DNA from: Octopus bimaculoides
Lineage: Eukaryota
Length of the DNA: 64,000 nucleotides
Direction of reading: 5' to 3'
Assembly: GCF_001194135.2 (NCBI RefSeq)
Contig: NC_069005.1
Coordinates: 15,421,051-15,485,050 of the forward strand
Shown: one piece after another, positions 52,535 to 64,000 of the stretch
Layout of the letters: the number at the start of each line of letters is the position of its first letter
How positions within the stretch are numbered: position 1 is the first letter of the stretch
Translations under genes and position numbers: made by a program
The notes under the pieces: model-generated
Databases searched by the model: none
Told to the model about the DNA's origin: nothing
The model's input: the letters and a program-made list of their open reading frames with translations, nothing else

Positions 52535-53943
52535 TACATATATGTATATGTATATATACATATACACACACATATATATCTTATGTGTATAGTTAGATAC
52601 ACAACTACTAGTGTATGAGTTAGAGCTCCACATAGATTATCATTATCCAGTATAGTGGTTAGTCTACCGCTGTTCTTAGCGCTACTTATTATATTTAGCA
52701 TGTATGTAATAGAAAATTACGATCCAGTGTGCTTAGGCATCCAAATGCACTCGGAATATCCAATACTGAGTTCCAAATAACTGTAATAGTGGAACATATG
52801 TAGGAATTAATAATTCATACATGTGTTTATCTTAATTTTCCGATATACCATCATCATCATCATCAATTAGCATCTGTTTTCGATGCTGGCATGGGTTGGA
52901 CGGTTTGACAGGTGCTGACCAGTTGAAGGGCTGTTCATGTCTGTTTTGCACGGTTTCTATGACTGTATGCCCTTCCTAATGCCAACCACTTTACAGAGTG
53001 TACTGGGTGCTTTTTAAGTGGTACCAGCACCTATGTGCCTGCAAGATTAGGGATGCTCAGCTGAAGTGGGTCACAGGGATGAGCCTGTAGGCAGAGGCAA
53101 CCATGCTTTTACTTAGCTTGATGTGTCTTTTCAAGCACAGCAAACTGCCAGGAATCTCAGTCCCCTGTCATATATATATANNNNNNNNNNNNNNNNNNNN
53201 NNNNNNNNNNNNNNNNNNNNNNNNNNNNNNNNNNNNNNNNNNNNNNNNNNNNNNNNNNNNNNNNNNNNNNNNNNNNNNNNNNNNNNNNNNNNNNNNNNNN
53301 NNNNNNNNNNNNNNNNNNNNNNNNNNNNNNNNNNNNNNNNNNNNNNNNNNNNNNNNNNNNNNNNNNNNNNNNNNNNNNNNNNNNNNNNNNNNNNNNNNNN
53401 NNNNNNNNNNNNNNNNNNNNNNNNNNNNNNNNNNNNNNNNNNNNNNNNNNNNNNNNNNNNNNNNNNNNNNNNNNNNNNNNNNNNNNNNNNNNNNNNNNNN
53501 NNNNNNNNNNNNNNNNNNNNNNNNNNNNNNNNNNNNNNNNNNNNNNNNNNNNNNNNNNNNNNNNNNNNNNNNNNNNNNNNNNNNNNNNNNNNNNNNNNNN
53601 NNNNNNNNNNNNNNNNNNNNNNNNNNNNNNNNNNNNNNNNNNNNNNNNNNNNNNNNNNNNNNNNNNNNNNNNNNNNNNNNNNNNNNNNNNNNNNNNNNNN
53701 NNNNCTGTGTGTATCAAAAATATCGCTATCAATCTGGAGTAATAATTTGTAGTTTTTGAAATCAGTAGTTCTTTGACTGCTATTTCTGAATTCTCAGTAT
53801 GTTGGAGAAGCAGGTTACTGTCAATCCCTATATATTTATGATTATAAATGATTTTTACCGAAAAGGTTTTTTCATACTGAGCTACCCGGCAAAATTGTTA
53901 ATTATTAATTTTATTACTAATTGACGATTCCCTGCTCTGCATA

Positions 53944-53978
<35 letters not shown>

Positions 53979-54399
53979 GGCTCCATTCAGTTTCTGTTTA
54001 TCAAATCCACTCACAAGGCTTTGGTCAGCCTGAGGCTACAGTAAAAGACACTTGCCCAAGGTTTCATGCAGTGGAACTGAACCTGGAACCATATGGTTGG
54101 GAAGCAAGCTATATGAAGTGAAGGCAAATGAGTTAGTGGTTAGGGTGTTGCGTTTAGAACTGCAAGATTGTGGTTTTGATTTGCAGCCAGGGCATCGCAT
54201 TGTGTTCTTGAGCAAAGCACTTCATTTCATGTTGCTCAGTGATCATTTTGTCATTTGACATGTGGCAAGTTGTGCACCTGTACAGGTAATGTCAATTTGA
54301 TGGAGAGAGAACGTTTAAGCAAACACATCCATTTGATCAATCTAAATAAATCATCTGTGTGGTTGTTCAGCACACATGTTGTTTAACAATGGGAGAGTT

Positions 54400-54439
<40 letters not shown>

Positions 54440-55327
54440 ATGTGTGTGTGTGTGTCTTTTTATTTGTTTGTCCCCACCATCCACTTGAGAGCTGGTGTTG
54501 GTTTGTTTATGTCCCCTGTAACTTAAAGTTCAACAAGAGAGACCAATGAATTAAATACCAGACTTGAAAAATTAACCCTTTAGAATTCAGATTATTACTT
54601 TGCTTTTGTATTTGGTTTGCAATATTCTTTATGTGAATTCATGTGTTGAAAGAAATTTTGTTGTGGTGTACACCGCTCCATAATGGACGAGAGAGGAGTT
54701 GCTGAAAATGTTATGAATGACAACAAAAGAACTTTGATGAATAGATAAAAAAAAAAAAGAAAAAAAGATTGTTTAACCAACAAGTTAAACAAATGATTTA
54801 TGAGTTAGTTGGATAAGTATTTAACTAATTGACTAATAATGGAGGAGTAGAATTGAACAGATGCATGTGTTATTAATATTGGCAAAACGACTCTTCTTGA
54901 CCACAGCAACATTCAAATTATTCTGTTAAATATAATGCTTATTTATTCACATTGTTTTGCATTAATCATACATCATCTCATAGCTTTGATATTTTGGTGA
55001 TGTGATTGCTTATTTTTAGAGTGAAATTGTAGGGTAGGTGTGTGAGACCAGTTCTGACTAGTTTTGAACATAAAACAGGTAGAATATTTGGGCCAGATGT
55101 GGCTGGTTTAAATGCTAAATGGTTATGGTCATTGTCAGTATATATATTTTTGTAGTTAAAAAAAATTTGCAATATATTCAGCTGTAAAGCAAGATTCTAA
55201 ATGTATGGATTCAGTTGGCAGGGCCCTTAGCAATAATCAGGCTAAAATTCAAAAGGATACTGATATATCTTAAAGAAAATTCGTTTTGCATATTCACAAA
55301 AATAATTATGATTGGAAATATAATTAT

Positions 55328-55580
55328 TTAAAGGTTGTTGAGGTTCTGTTAACCATTTTAGTACCAACCTGCCTGAGACTGCCCTTGCTTCTATGTCAAA
55401 AACTTCCTGTTTTAAATTGATCTAAATTAAAACCTTCCATAAAAATTTCATGTTGATTTATGCTTCAAACACCAGCTTAATAATGACAAAATTATTTTAC
55501 TAAACTAAATTCTTCATTATTTTAAAAATTAATCGAAACAAAGGCAGTGCATTTCAACAGAAATATAACAAAAGGATTAA
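55328..55580. mobile_element. Second TTAA-flanked MITE family
   Basis: ttaaccattttagtacc...ataacaaaaggattaa; inverted partial copy at about 29660-29760. Confidence 0.55.
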
Positions 55581-55758
55581 GAACTCTTCATATAATTCAG
55601 TTGATAAAATATTAGCATTAGTAGTAGTAAAAGCAGCAGTAGTCAAGGTAATAGCAGCAACTGTAGTAGAAGCAAAAGTATTATTAGTAGTATTATTAGC
55701 AGCAAGTAGAAGTATTTTATTTCCAATTTATGTTAATTGTTACAAATGAAGTTAACTA

Positions 55759-55975
55759 TGAGGGAGTGCTGAAAAGTTTCTGGCTTTAAGGGTATTGTGA
55801 AAGGTCTGGTTGAAGACCCAACCTTCTCATTTCTTTCACAGAACTTAGGAAACCTGAAAAACTGCCACAATAAGTGTGTGAATCTGAGAGGGGAATATAT
55901 TGGATAAAATCATAATTAACTGGTCCTCCTGTATTATTTTTTACCCAAAGTCAGGAACTTTTCAGCACCTCCTTG
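55759..55975 (+). mobile_element. Mariner-derived MITE
   Basis: TA-flanked TIRs tgagggagtgctgaaaagtttctgg / tcaggaacttttcagcacctccttg; interior keeps mariner C-terminus-like NKCVNLRGEYIG*. Confidence 0.75.
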
Positions 55976-56185
55976 TACTTAACAATTGCTTAAAAAAAAT
56001 TATAAAATTTCCATATCTCTCACAATTATTCAGACATGCATACGTTATATATTTACACAGTATACATGGTGCATCATTATAATTACTAATCAAGCTTACC
56101 TGCAAGAGAAATGGTGGACAGTATTATGGAGTTCTTTTAGACAATGACATTAAAAAAAAAAAAGAAATGATTATGAAGCATTTAC

Positions 56186-56261
56186 CTGGAACTTTTTCAA
56201 CAAAATTGGATGGAACAAGGCCCTTATTTCCATTAATCAGTTCTCCTTCAAAAAATCCATC
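56186..56261 (-). CDS. RIMBP2: RIMS-binding protein exon: C-terminal half of first SH3 domain ([25 protein letters not shown])
   Basis: Minus strand reads ttttattattcctctag|GATGGATTT...GTTCCAG|gtaaat; 76 nt, phase 0 to 1. Peptide matches the RIM-BP SH3 pattern [21 protein letters not shown]. Not in the ORF track. Confidence 0.9.
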
Positions 56262-56344
56262 CTAGAGGAATAATATAAAAAAAAGAAAAAAATTTGAAGC
56301 TACAAAATATAACCAACATGAAACCAAGCGAAAGAAGTAAATCA

Positions 56345-56817
56345 CACTGTGTAACACGATTTTTGTCCTTGGGTAGCAACTGTTATCTCCTATTTGCTTA
56401 CTCCTAGAAAGTATGAAAAATGGCTAATATTTCCTTCAAACTTTACTTCTGTTTCTTCATGCAAACCACAAAGAATCCCTCTCAGCACATGGCAGTGATG
56501 CTCCTCCACTATTTCTGCTCATCATCAGAATGTCACTAATGGACACGCTCAACTGGTTAAGGTCAAGAAACTGATAAACAAATCTGTGGTTTTGAGCAGA
56601 ATATTTGCTATAATGATATTTCTGTTTCAGCAACTCAGTGCTGAATCTGTCTGAAACATAATGGAAAATAGGACAGTTTCAAAACATTGAAGTCCAAGTC
56701 GCAAAAGCAAAGTTTGAAGGGAATAGTAGTCATTTCCTTTGATTTCTGGATAGAAGCAAATAGGAAATAACATAAGATAAAGATAAAAAAAAGACCTAAA
56801 TTTTGTTACACAGTGTT
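56345..56817. mobile_element. ~480-bp MITE with ~55-bp imperfect TIRs (cactgtgtaac...gttacacagtg)
   Basis: TIRs include tatttcctatttgctt; second copy in opposite orientation at about 490-990. Confidence 0.8.
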
Positions 56818-57576
56818 ATTAAAACAGAAGACATTTGATCAAAAAAATGTTAGTCAAAATATTAGGAGTCTTCCTAAGTCAGAAACCACAATTAGATTTA
56901 GACTATTTACTGTTCAAGGAGAGGGTTGAAACACCCACACACTATCATTTGGGAAAGGACCTGCATGAAATGTCAGAAATCCCCTTCTCTTCATGGCATG
57001 CAATCTTATCTTATTTCACAAATGTCATTTCAGAAGATGTCATTCTCAGATTGTAACCTAGCTACTTTGTCATCCTTGCAGTCTTAGTAGAGTTTTTAAA
57101 CAAGAATTAGCATTGATATTATCAATTCATGACTATTTATAAAGCTACAATATCATCTCCCTCTGAATATCTTGGTGAATAGTTACTGTTAATCACTAGA
57201 AAGTGGATTGGAGAAATCAAAATATCAGTGTACCAGATTAAATGCCTTGTGGTATTTAGCTATTCAAAGTTCAAATCCCTTGAGGCTGATTGATTTCCTT
57301 TTTCACTGACTTAAGGATAATTTTTCTTTCTTACTTGTTTCAGTCATTTGACTGCAGCCATGCTGGAGCACTGCCTTGAAGTGTTTTTGTCAAACAATTC
57401 AACCCTAGAACTCATTTTTTTAAAGCCTAGTATTTATTCTATTGGTCTCTTTGCTGAATCACTAAGTTATGGGGATATAAACACACCAAAACTGGTTGTC
57501 AAGTGATGATGGGGTGGGGTGGGGGGAGATAAACACTGACACAAATATACACATAGATATATACATACATACATAT

Positions 57577-57621
<45 letters not shown>

Positions 57622-59724
57622 CAGGCTTCTTTTAGTTTCCACCGAAGCTATAGTAGAAGATACTTGCCCAAGATGTCATACAGTGGGACTGAACCTAGAA
57701 CCATATGGTTGAGAAGCAAGCTTCTTACCACACAGCCACACTTGGGTTGGATGGTTTTGAAGTTCAGTCTACGATCATATGGTTTTGGGTTCCATACCAT
57801 TTCTGGGACAAATGTCTTCTGCTATAATCTTGAGTTGATTAATACTTTGTAATAGTGGTTTAAAATTCAGGCACAAAGTCAGTAATTTTAAGTGGTGGTG
57901 GTGGTGGTGGTGGGGGTTTAATCAATTACAGTAAGTCCAGTGCTCAACTGGGACTTTGTTTTATCAACCCTGAAGGGATGAAAGATAAAGTTGACCTCAG
58001 TGGTATTTGAACCCAAAATGGTATTTGAACCAGAAGAAATGCAACTATGTATTTTGTCCAGTGTGCCAACAAGTCTGCCAGCTTGCCAGAAATCTGTAAT
58101 AATGGTTTCAAATTTTAGCACAAAGCCAGTAAATTTGTGGGGAGGTATTAAGTCAATTACATTGACCCCAGTACTCAACTGGTATTTAATTCATCAACCT
58201 CGAGAAGATGAAAGGCAAAGTTGACCTGGGTGGAATTTGAATTCTGAAAGTAAAGATGGATGAAAAGCTGCTTTTTTTTTTGTCTGGCTAACAATTCTGC
58301 CAGCTTTCCCCATCCTTTCTACTATAGGCACAATGCCAGCAATTCTTTGGGAGGGAGTGTTAAGTCAATTACATTGACCCCAGTGCACAATTGGTATTTT
58401 ATTTATCAATCCCTAGAGGATGAAAAGCAAAGTGACCTGGCTGAAATTTGAACTCCAAATGTAAAGACATGAAATGCTACTAAGCATTTTGTCTGGTGTG
58501 CTAACGATTCTGCCAACTTGCCACATTCACAAGAAATCTCTAATAATCCTTTCTACTATAGGCACAAGGCCTGAAATTTTGGGGGAGGGGACCAGTTGAT
58601 TACATCGACCCCAGTGCATAACTGGCACTTAATTTATCAACCCGAAAAAGATCAATGGCAAAGTCGACCCAGGCGGTTTTGAGTACTTTGGGTACTCAAA
58701 TATATTTTTGTAATTTTCAAGGTTGTTTTGGGGTTTCCTGAATGATCCTACAGTTATAATGTACCTAAAACCAAAAATTGCCAACCAATAACCTTGACTA
58801 ACCCATACCAGCACAGGAAAAAAGCAGACATAAAAATAATGTTGAAGATGTTCTTATATGTGCCATGAGTAAAAATGGTTTGGAATCACTGCTTTACATT
58901 ATTCAGTGTGTATTCATTTATTGATTGCTTCACACACACAAACATGCGCTATCTTGAAACCTGAATATATTAATATATTTCCTTAATTATCACTACAAAT
59001 TATGATGGATGGCCAAGTGGACAGAGTATCAGACACTTTAATCAAAAGCTGACAGTTTGTACTCCACTACTTTGAGTTGTTTTGTCTTTGTGCTCTTTAC
59101 TGTTTCTTCTGTAGTGAAATGTGGCTCTAACAGACTAGATATATACCATAGGGTGCATAGTAACACAGATGGTAATTCAACTTTTAATCTGCCATACACT
59201 AGCCTGATACATAGAAAGGTTGAGCAGTTTAGTGGTTCAAGATGCAAACTGGAAATAAGAAGAAGAGTCACAAATTCACACCTAATCCTATGCATTGTTT
59301 CATATTCTTTTAGTTAAGGAACATCACCTCTCAACGAAATGAGGTGATGATGATGATGATAACAATGATAATAATTCTTTCTACTATAGGCACAAGGCCT
59401 GAAATTTGAGGGGAGGGGTAATATGATTACATTGACCCAGTAATTCACTGGTACTTAATTTATTAACCTTGAAAAGATGAAAGGCAAAGTCGACCTCAGC
59501 GGAATTTGAACTCAGAACATAGTGGCAGATGAAATGCTGCAAAGCATTTTGCCTGGCGTGCTCATGAATCTGCCAGCTTACCCCATAATAATAATAATAA
59601 TTTCTGCTGCCACTATAACAACACCCACTGAAATTGAAAAACTTTGAAATAAGAGCATCAATTAAAGGAATTGCCCCTATAGTAGATTATTTTCTCTAGC
59701 AAATACACACACACATACATATCT

Positions 59725-60185
59725 ATCAAAATTCCGCAGCAACTTCTTTTTGGCTGATTTCCAACAGGAAGGTCAGTTGGAAGGCCACTCTTGCACTTCA
59801 AAGACAAACTAAAAGACAACCTGAAGTGATGCAACATTCCCCTTTCTTCCTAGAAAAACAAAGCTTCAGAATGCAGGACTTGGTGCCAGTCCTGCATCTC
59901 CCCAGTTCAAAGATTTGAGCAAAGTTAATTCCAGCACCGGGACCGACTTTGTGCAAACATGAAGGCACGCTGGCAAAATGCTGCTCCTCTAAATGGAAAC
60001 TTTAGCTGTCATTGTGGTTTTGTGACATGAAGCAAAGCAGGACTTGCCGTCCCCTCAAAGAAACACATAGCAAATGATCCACAAGAACTCGAGCAAACTG
60101 AGTCCTCAACTTATTCCATTTGCCAAAAGGTTTGCAAGGCAGGCCTCAAGAGACACCTATGTATCCATAGAACATGATTAATGCT
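59725..60185 (+). mobile_element. 3' fragment of a second RTE/BovB-like LINE family with C-terminal zinc fingers
   Basis: Decayed reading KIPQQLLFG*FPTG-RSVGRPLLHFKDKLKDNLK...FSCHCGF...SICQKVCK-AGLKRHLCIH, typical of the end of RTE ORF2. Confidence 0.75.
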
Positions 60186-60349
60186 TTATTTTACTGAACC
60201 CTCATTTGGTGTTCATGACAAGAGAATCCATCATCATCATACATATAAAATATATATTCTATAGCCAATACACACACACACACACATGCATGTGTGCATG
60301 CATGCATCCATCCGTCCGTACATACATACATACATACATACAAGCATGC

Positions 60350-61690
60350 ATGGCAGTGGCTTAACATCAAACCAAAATGCCTTTGAATGTTATATCATAT
60401 CCCTTCAGCAACATCCTTTAACCAAGTGCTTCCCTTGACCAAGTTTGCATACTTGAGGCTGATAACATCATAAGACTTGGAAGGCAACTCCTTGAGCAAC
60501 ATTTCTTGTCTGATAACCTTAAATATATGCCCAAAGAAGTCGCACGACTCTACTGCAACATATCATCAGATGAAAGAATAAACATATATGAGCAGAAGAC
60601 TATGCATATATGAGCAGAATGTAATGTTAGGAGAAAGCTCTGAGATGAGATGATAGTAACATTGATCATCAAAGCAGTCTATCATGGACCAATAACCAGT
60701 TTACTACCTCCCACTTTGAAGGGTATGTTTTAGCAATCCAGGAAGAGGAAATATCAACCAAGTACCTGATGCACAAAAGGGATAGAAATGCAGGAAAAGC
60801 CGTAAAATATGACATCCGATGCAGACTTTGTGGATTTAACACTGAAGATATCATCCACATCATAAGCAGTTGTCTGAAAAAGTCATTACAGTATTATCTA
60901 CTGATGAGACATGATGCTGTAGCTAGGACACTCTATAAAGAAATCCATCAGAAGGATAACCCCAAGGACAAAGAAATAAGAACCCACAATATGGTAGAAG
61001 CCATAGCCACTCATAATAAAAAGGAATACTGGTGGAATGTACCAGTGAAGACCTCAATAAAATGTAAGCACAACAGGCCTGACATAATGATTTGAGATAG
61101 AGAAGGGAAATTGTGCACAGTTGTGGAAATTAGCTGCCCAGCAGATATTAACATAAAGCTGAAGATCAGTGAAAAAGAGAACACTTATGCTGAACTATTG
61201 AGAAATCTGCAGTTACTCTATCCGGATAATAAGTTCAGGTTTATACCTGTAATTATTGGGGCCCTGGGGTATGTAACACACTGCCTAAATATCAATCTTG
61301 AGAAATTAGGCTTCTCAAAATCAGACAGGAGAAAGCTAATTCCAATACTACAGATCCAATCCATCACTAGAACTGTAAAATTCTATAAAATGGGAATACA
61401 TACATGAAACAAAACATACAAATCTGCACATAAACACATGCATACATACATACACACATGCATACATATATACACGCATGCATACACACATGCATAATAC
61501 ATACACATACGCATACATACATACATACATACATACATACATACATGCACGCACGCACACGCACACACACATACATACATACAAAAATACCCTGTTGTTG
61601 ATGCTGAAATTCCAATGAAGGAGCCTTAAATCTAGGTTAGAAACCGGTGCTTTCTCTATTGGCAAGAAATCTTGAAATAAAACTGACTGA
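60350..61690 (+). mobile_element. 5'-truncated R4/NeSL-type non-LTR retrotransposon with restriction-like endonuclease
   Basis: EGYVLAIQEEEISTKY, zinc knuckle CRLCGFNTEDIIHIISSC, RHDAVAR, HNRPDIMI*D, VVEISCP, KENTY, IPVIIGALG; 3' UTR ends aaataaaactgactga then (CATA)n. Confidence 0.9.
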
Positions 61691-62724
61691 CATACATACA
61701 TACATACATACATAAACACTCTCCTGTGCTTTGAGATTTCTATTTTAATATAACTGAGAAGCTAGTTCTGTGACTTGAAGGCTAAGAGTTTCAGTCAAAT
61801 GTGCTAACCAAAGCTATAGGCACCCTATGCATTGAGTTCTGTTTATCTCATAAGTATAAACAATCCATTTTGTTTTTAGATAGAATGTTTAATAATAACA
61901 TTCTTAAATTTCTTGCATCTTAAAAAAGGTTCCAGGGTAGAAATATTAAAATCCATCCTGAGAGTGTTAAAAGGATTCATTTATAAAACTTCATAAGCTT
62001 TAGATTATTTCAGAGTTTTATTTTATGATGCAGAAATCAGAGATGGAACCTAGCAAACAAGATCAATGGATCGATGTTCTTAAGGATGCATTATGCCTGG
62101 AATAATGTGCAAAATTCATAAAAATGGAAAAACAAATTAAATAATAACAAAAACAACTAAAGGACATTGTCAAAATTACAAATAGACTGGACAGGTTAAG
62201 AGTATCAGTGGCAATAAATGGAGCTAAAAAAAGAAAAGGGCCAAGAGACTGGATTCTGGGAGATTGTAAAAGAGACAGAATAATAGCAAACATGATGGAA
62301 GGATGAACTGGAGTGATTAGACAAAAACTGGATATCTAGCACCCAAAACCGAAAGTGATAGAGAAATAAAAAGAAAGACATTTACCCAATAATGGGAAAT
62401 CAATAACTGAGACTTTGACTGATTGATTGATTGATATCTATTTTCTATTTCTCAAAGAAAATGTGACTGCCTGTAATCTTTTTTAGATGCTTTGTAATTG
62501 TGTTAATTCATGTGAAACATCTGAAGCGAAGCTTGAGAATCGGTGATGCAGTAGAATGCTTTGTTGATGTTGTTGCTGTTGTTTTATGGTCTTTCTCATA
62601 AATGATATTAGCAGACAACAAACAGGTAAAAACTATGTAAATTCTCAGTTAGCAGACATTTCAAACATTTCTATGCACCATCATATTATTGTTATTACTA
62701 TTATTACTATTATTATTATTATTA

Positions 62725-62759
<35 letters not shown>

Positions 62760-63691
62760 TCTAATATTATTACTGTTGTTGTTGGTTCTGCTGTTGCCAT
62801 TTTCCTAATACTTCTGTAAGTGCTGACTGAAACAGACAGACTTGTAGCATTGTTAAAGTTGGGGAAGAAAAAAAAATATCTTTGATGAAAAATTTGGGAA
62901 GTTAAAAACAATAAATAATTACAGCTTCATTGATACATCAAAGTCTTACAACCTTTGCTCCTTTACATACCTGTGTCTCATCCCCCCCCCACTACAATTT
63001 CTGATACAACTTACAACAATTTCTGGTTGTCTGCTTTAATTGATTGTATGCTTTCTCACCACTTAAATTAAATCCATTTGATCTATCCACTAAACCTTTT
63101 TCCTTGCATCATATTTTTTATTATCTAACAATCCAGATCTCAACTCCAAATATTTCCCCAAAACTGCTTCCATAAATTAAATCTCTGCAAAACTCTTTCA
63201 TTGCCGCTATTTGTTTCCTGGTTTACTTATCCTGCAAAGCCTCAAATTTAATGTTCATCATCAATTTTTCTTTTTTAACATCCACTTTTTCATGCAAGCA
63301 TGGTTTGAAATGTGTTTATTGAGGCAGATTTTCTACATCTGGATGCCTTTCCTTTTGCCAACCCTCATCTGTTTCCTAGCAAGGGAATATTTTCCCATGG
63401 CCGAACATGTTTTTGCAGAATATTGGAAATGAGTGATGATGGTTGTAAGACAGTAACAGTCATTTTACAACTATCATGTAATATCAAGACAAGGAGACAC
63501 AAACATACAAATATAATGGGCTTCTTTCAGTTTCCATCTACCAAATGTACTGACAAGGCTTGAAGAATTTTAAGTCAAATGAATCAACCTCAGTAGTTTC
63601 TTTTTTAAGCCTGGTACTTATTCTGTTGGTCTTTTGCTGAATTGCTAAGTTATGGGGACATAAACACACACACATATATATATATAAGTTT

Positions 63692-64000
63692 TTTCTAGAC
63701 CAACGCCCCAACCCACAACCCGACACCTCCACACTCATTCGTCTGGCCGAACTTGTCCTATCTCTCAACTGCTTCTCGTTCGCGGGAGATATCTACCAGC
63801 AGGTCTCGGGAGTGGCCATGGGGACGAGAATGGGCCCCAACTACGCGAACCTCTTCGTTGGTTATGTTGAGGCCCAAATATTCTCCAGTTTCACTGGTCC
63901 CACTCCCGAACTATACGGTCGGTATATCGACGACTGTATCGGTGCCACCTCTCTCTCCCGCGAACATCTTGACTCGTTCCTCTCTTTCGTTCAATCTTTC
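63692..64000 (+). mobile_element. Penelope-like element reverse transcriptase fragment (open to window end)
   Basis: Stop-free 103 codons: LAELVLSLNCFSFAGDIYQQVSGVAMGTRMGPNYANLFVGYVE...YGRYIDDCIG; GC- and CpG-rich relative to flanks; begins abruptly after (TA)n. Confidence 0.9.

Noticed and set aside
56300-64000. Search for the exon encoding the first half of SH3-1
   Set aside because: No matching sequence with a phase-0 donor was seen; it is presumably beyond the window. Likewise, no downstream FN3 exon was found in 1-6100.

Overview
AT-rich eukaryotic genomic DNA, almost certainly an octopus (inferred from recognisable octopus SINE/LINE families and dense microsatellites), with five N-gaps. 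One host gene crosses the window on the minus strand: a RIMS-binding protein (RIM-BP/RIMBP2-like). Four phase-compatible GT-AG exons (56186-56261, 27797-27946, 15589-15726, 6101-6294) encode the second half of SH3-1, an acidic linker and most of the first FN3 domain, separated by 28, 12 and 9 kb introns. The rest is intronic and transposon-dense: three tRNA-derived SINE families, RTE-clade LINEs, an R4/NeSL-type RLE LINE sitting in (CATA)n, a young Penelope-like RT fragment, a full-length but dead DD36E Tc1-like element, mariner deletion derivatives, piggyBac-like and other MITEs, and Helitron pieces. The most unusual signal is a set of hammerhead-ribozyme-like motifs of the Penelope/retrozyme type. 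One has an intact core and is in sense with the host pre-mRNA (32621-32653); others belong to a repeat family found as a 1-kb near-loopless palindrome (51489-52489), a smaller inverted structure (7365-7650) and a 342-bp tandem dimer (18711-19385). All coordinates and translations were read by eye; no database searches were run.
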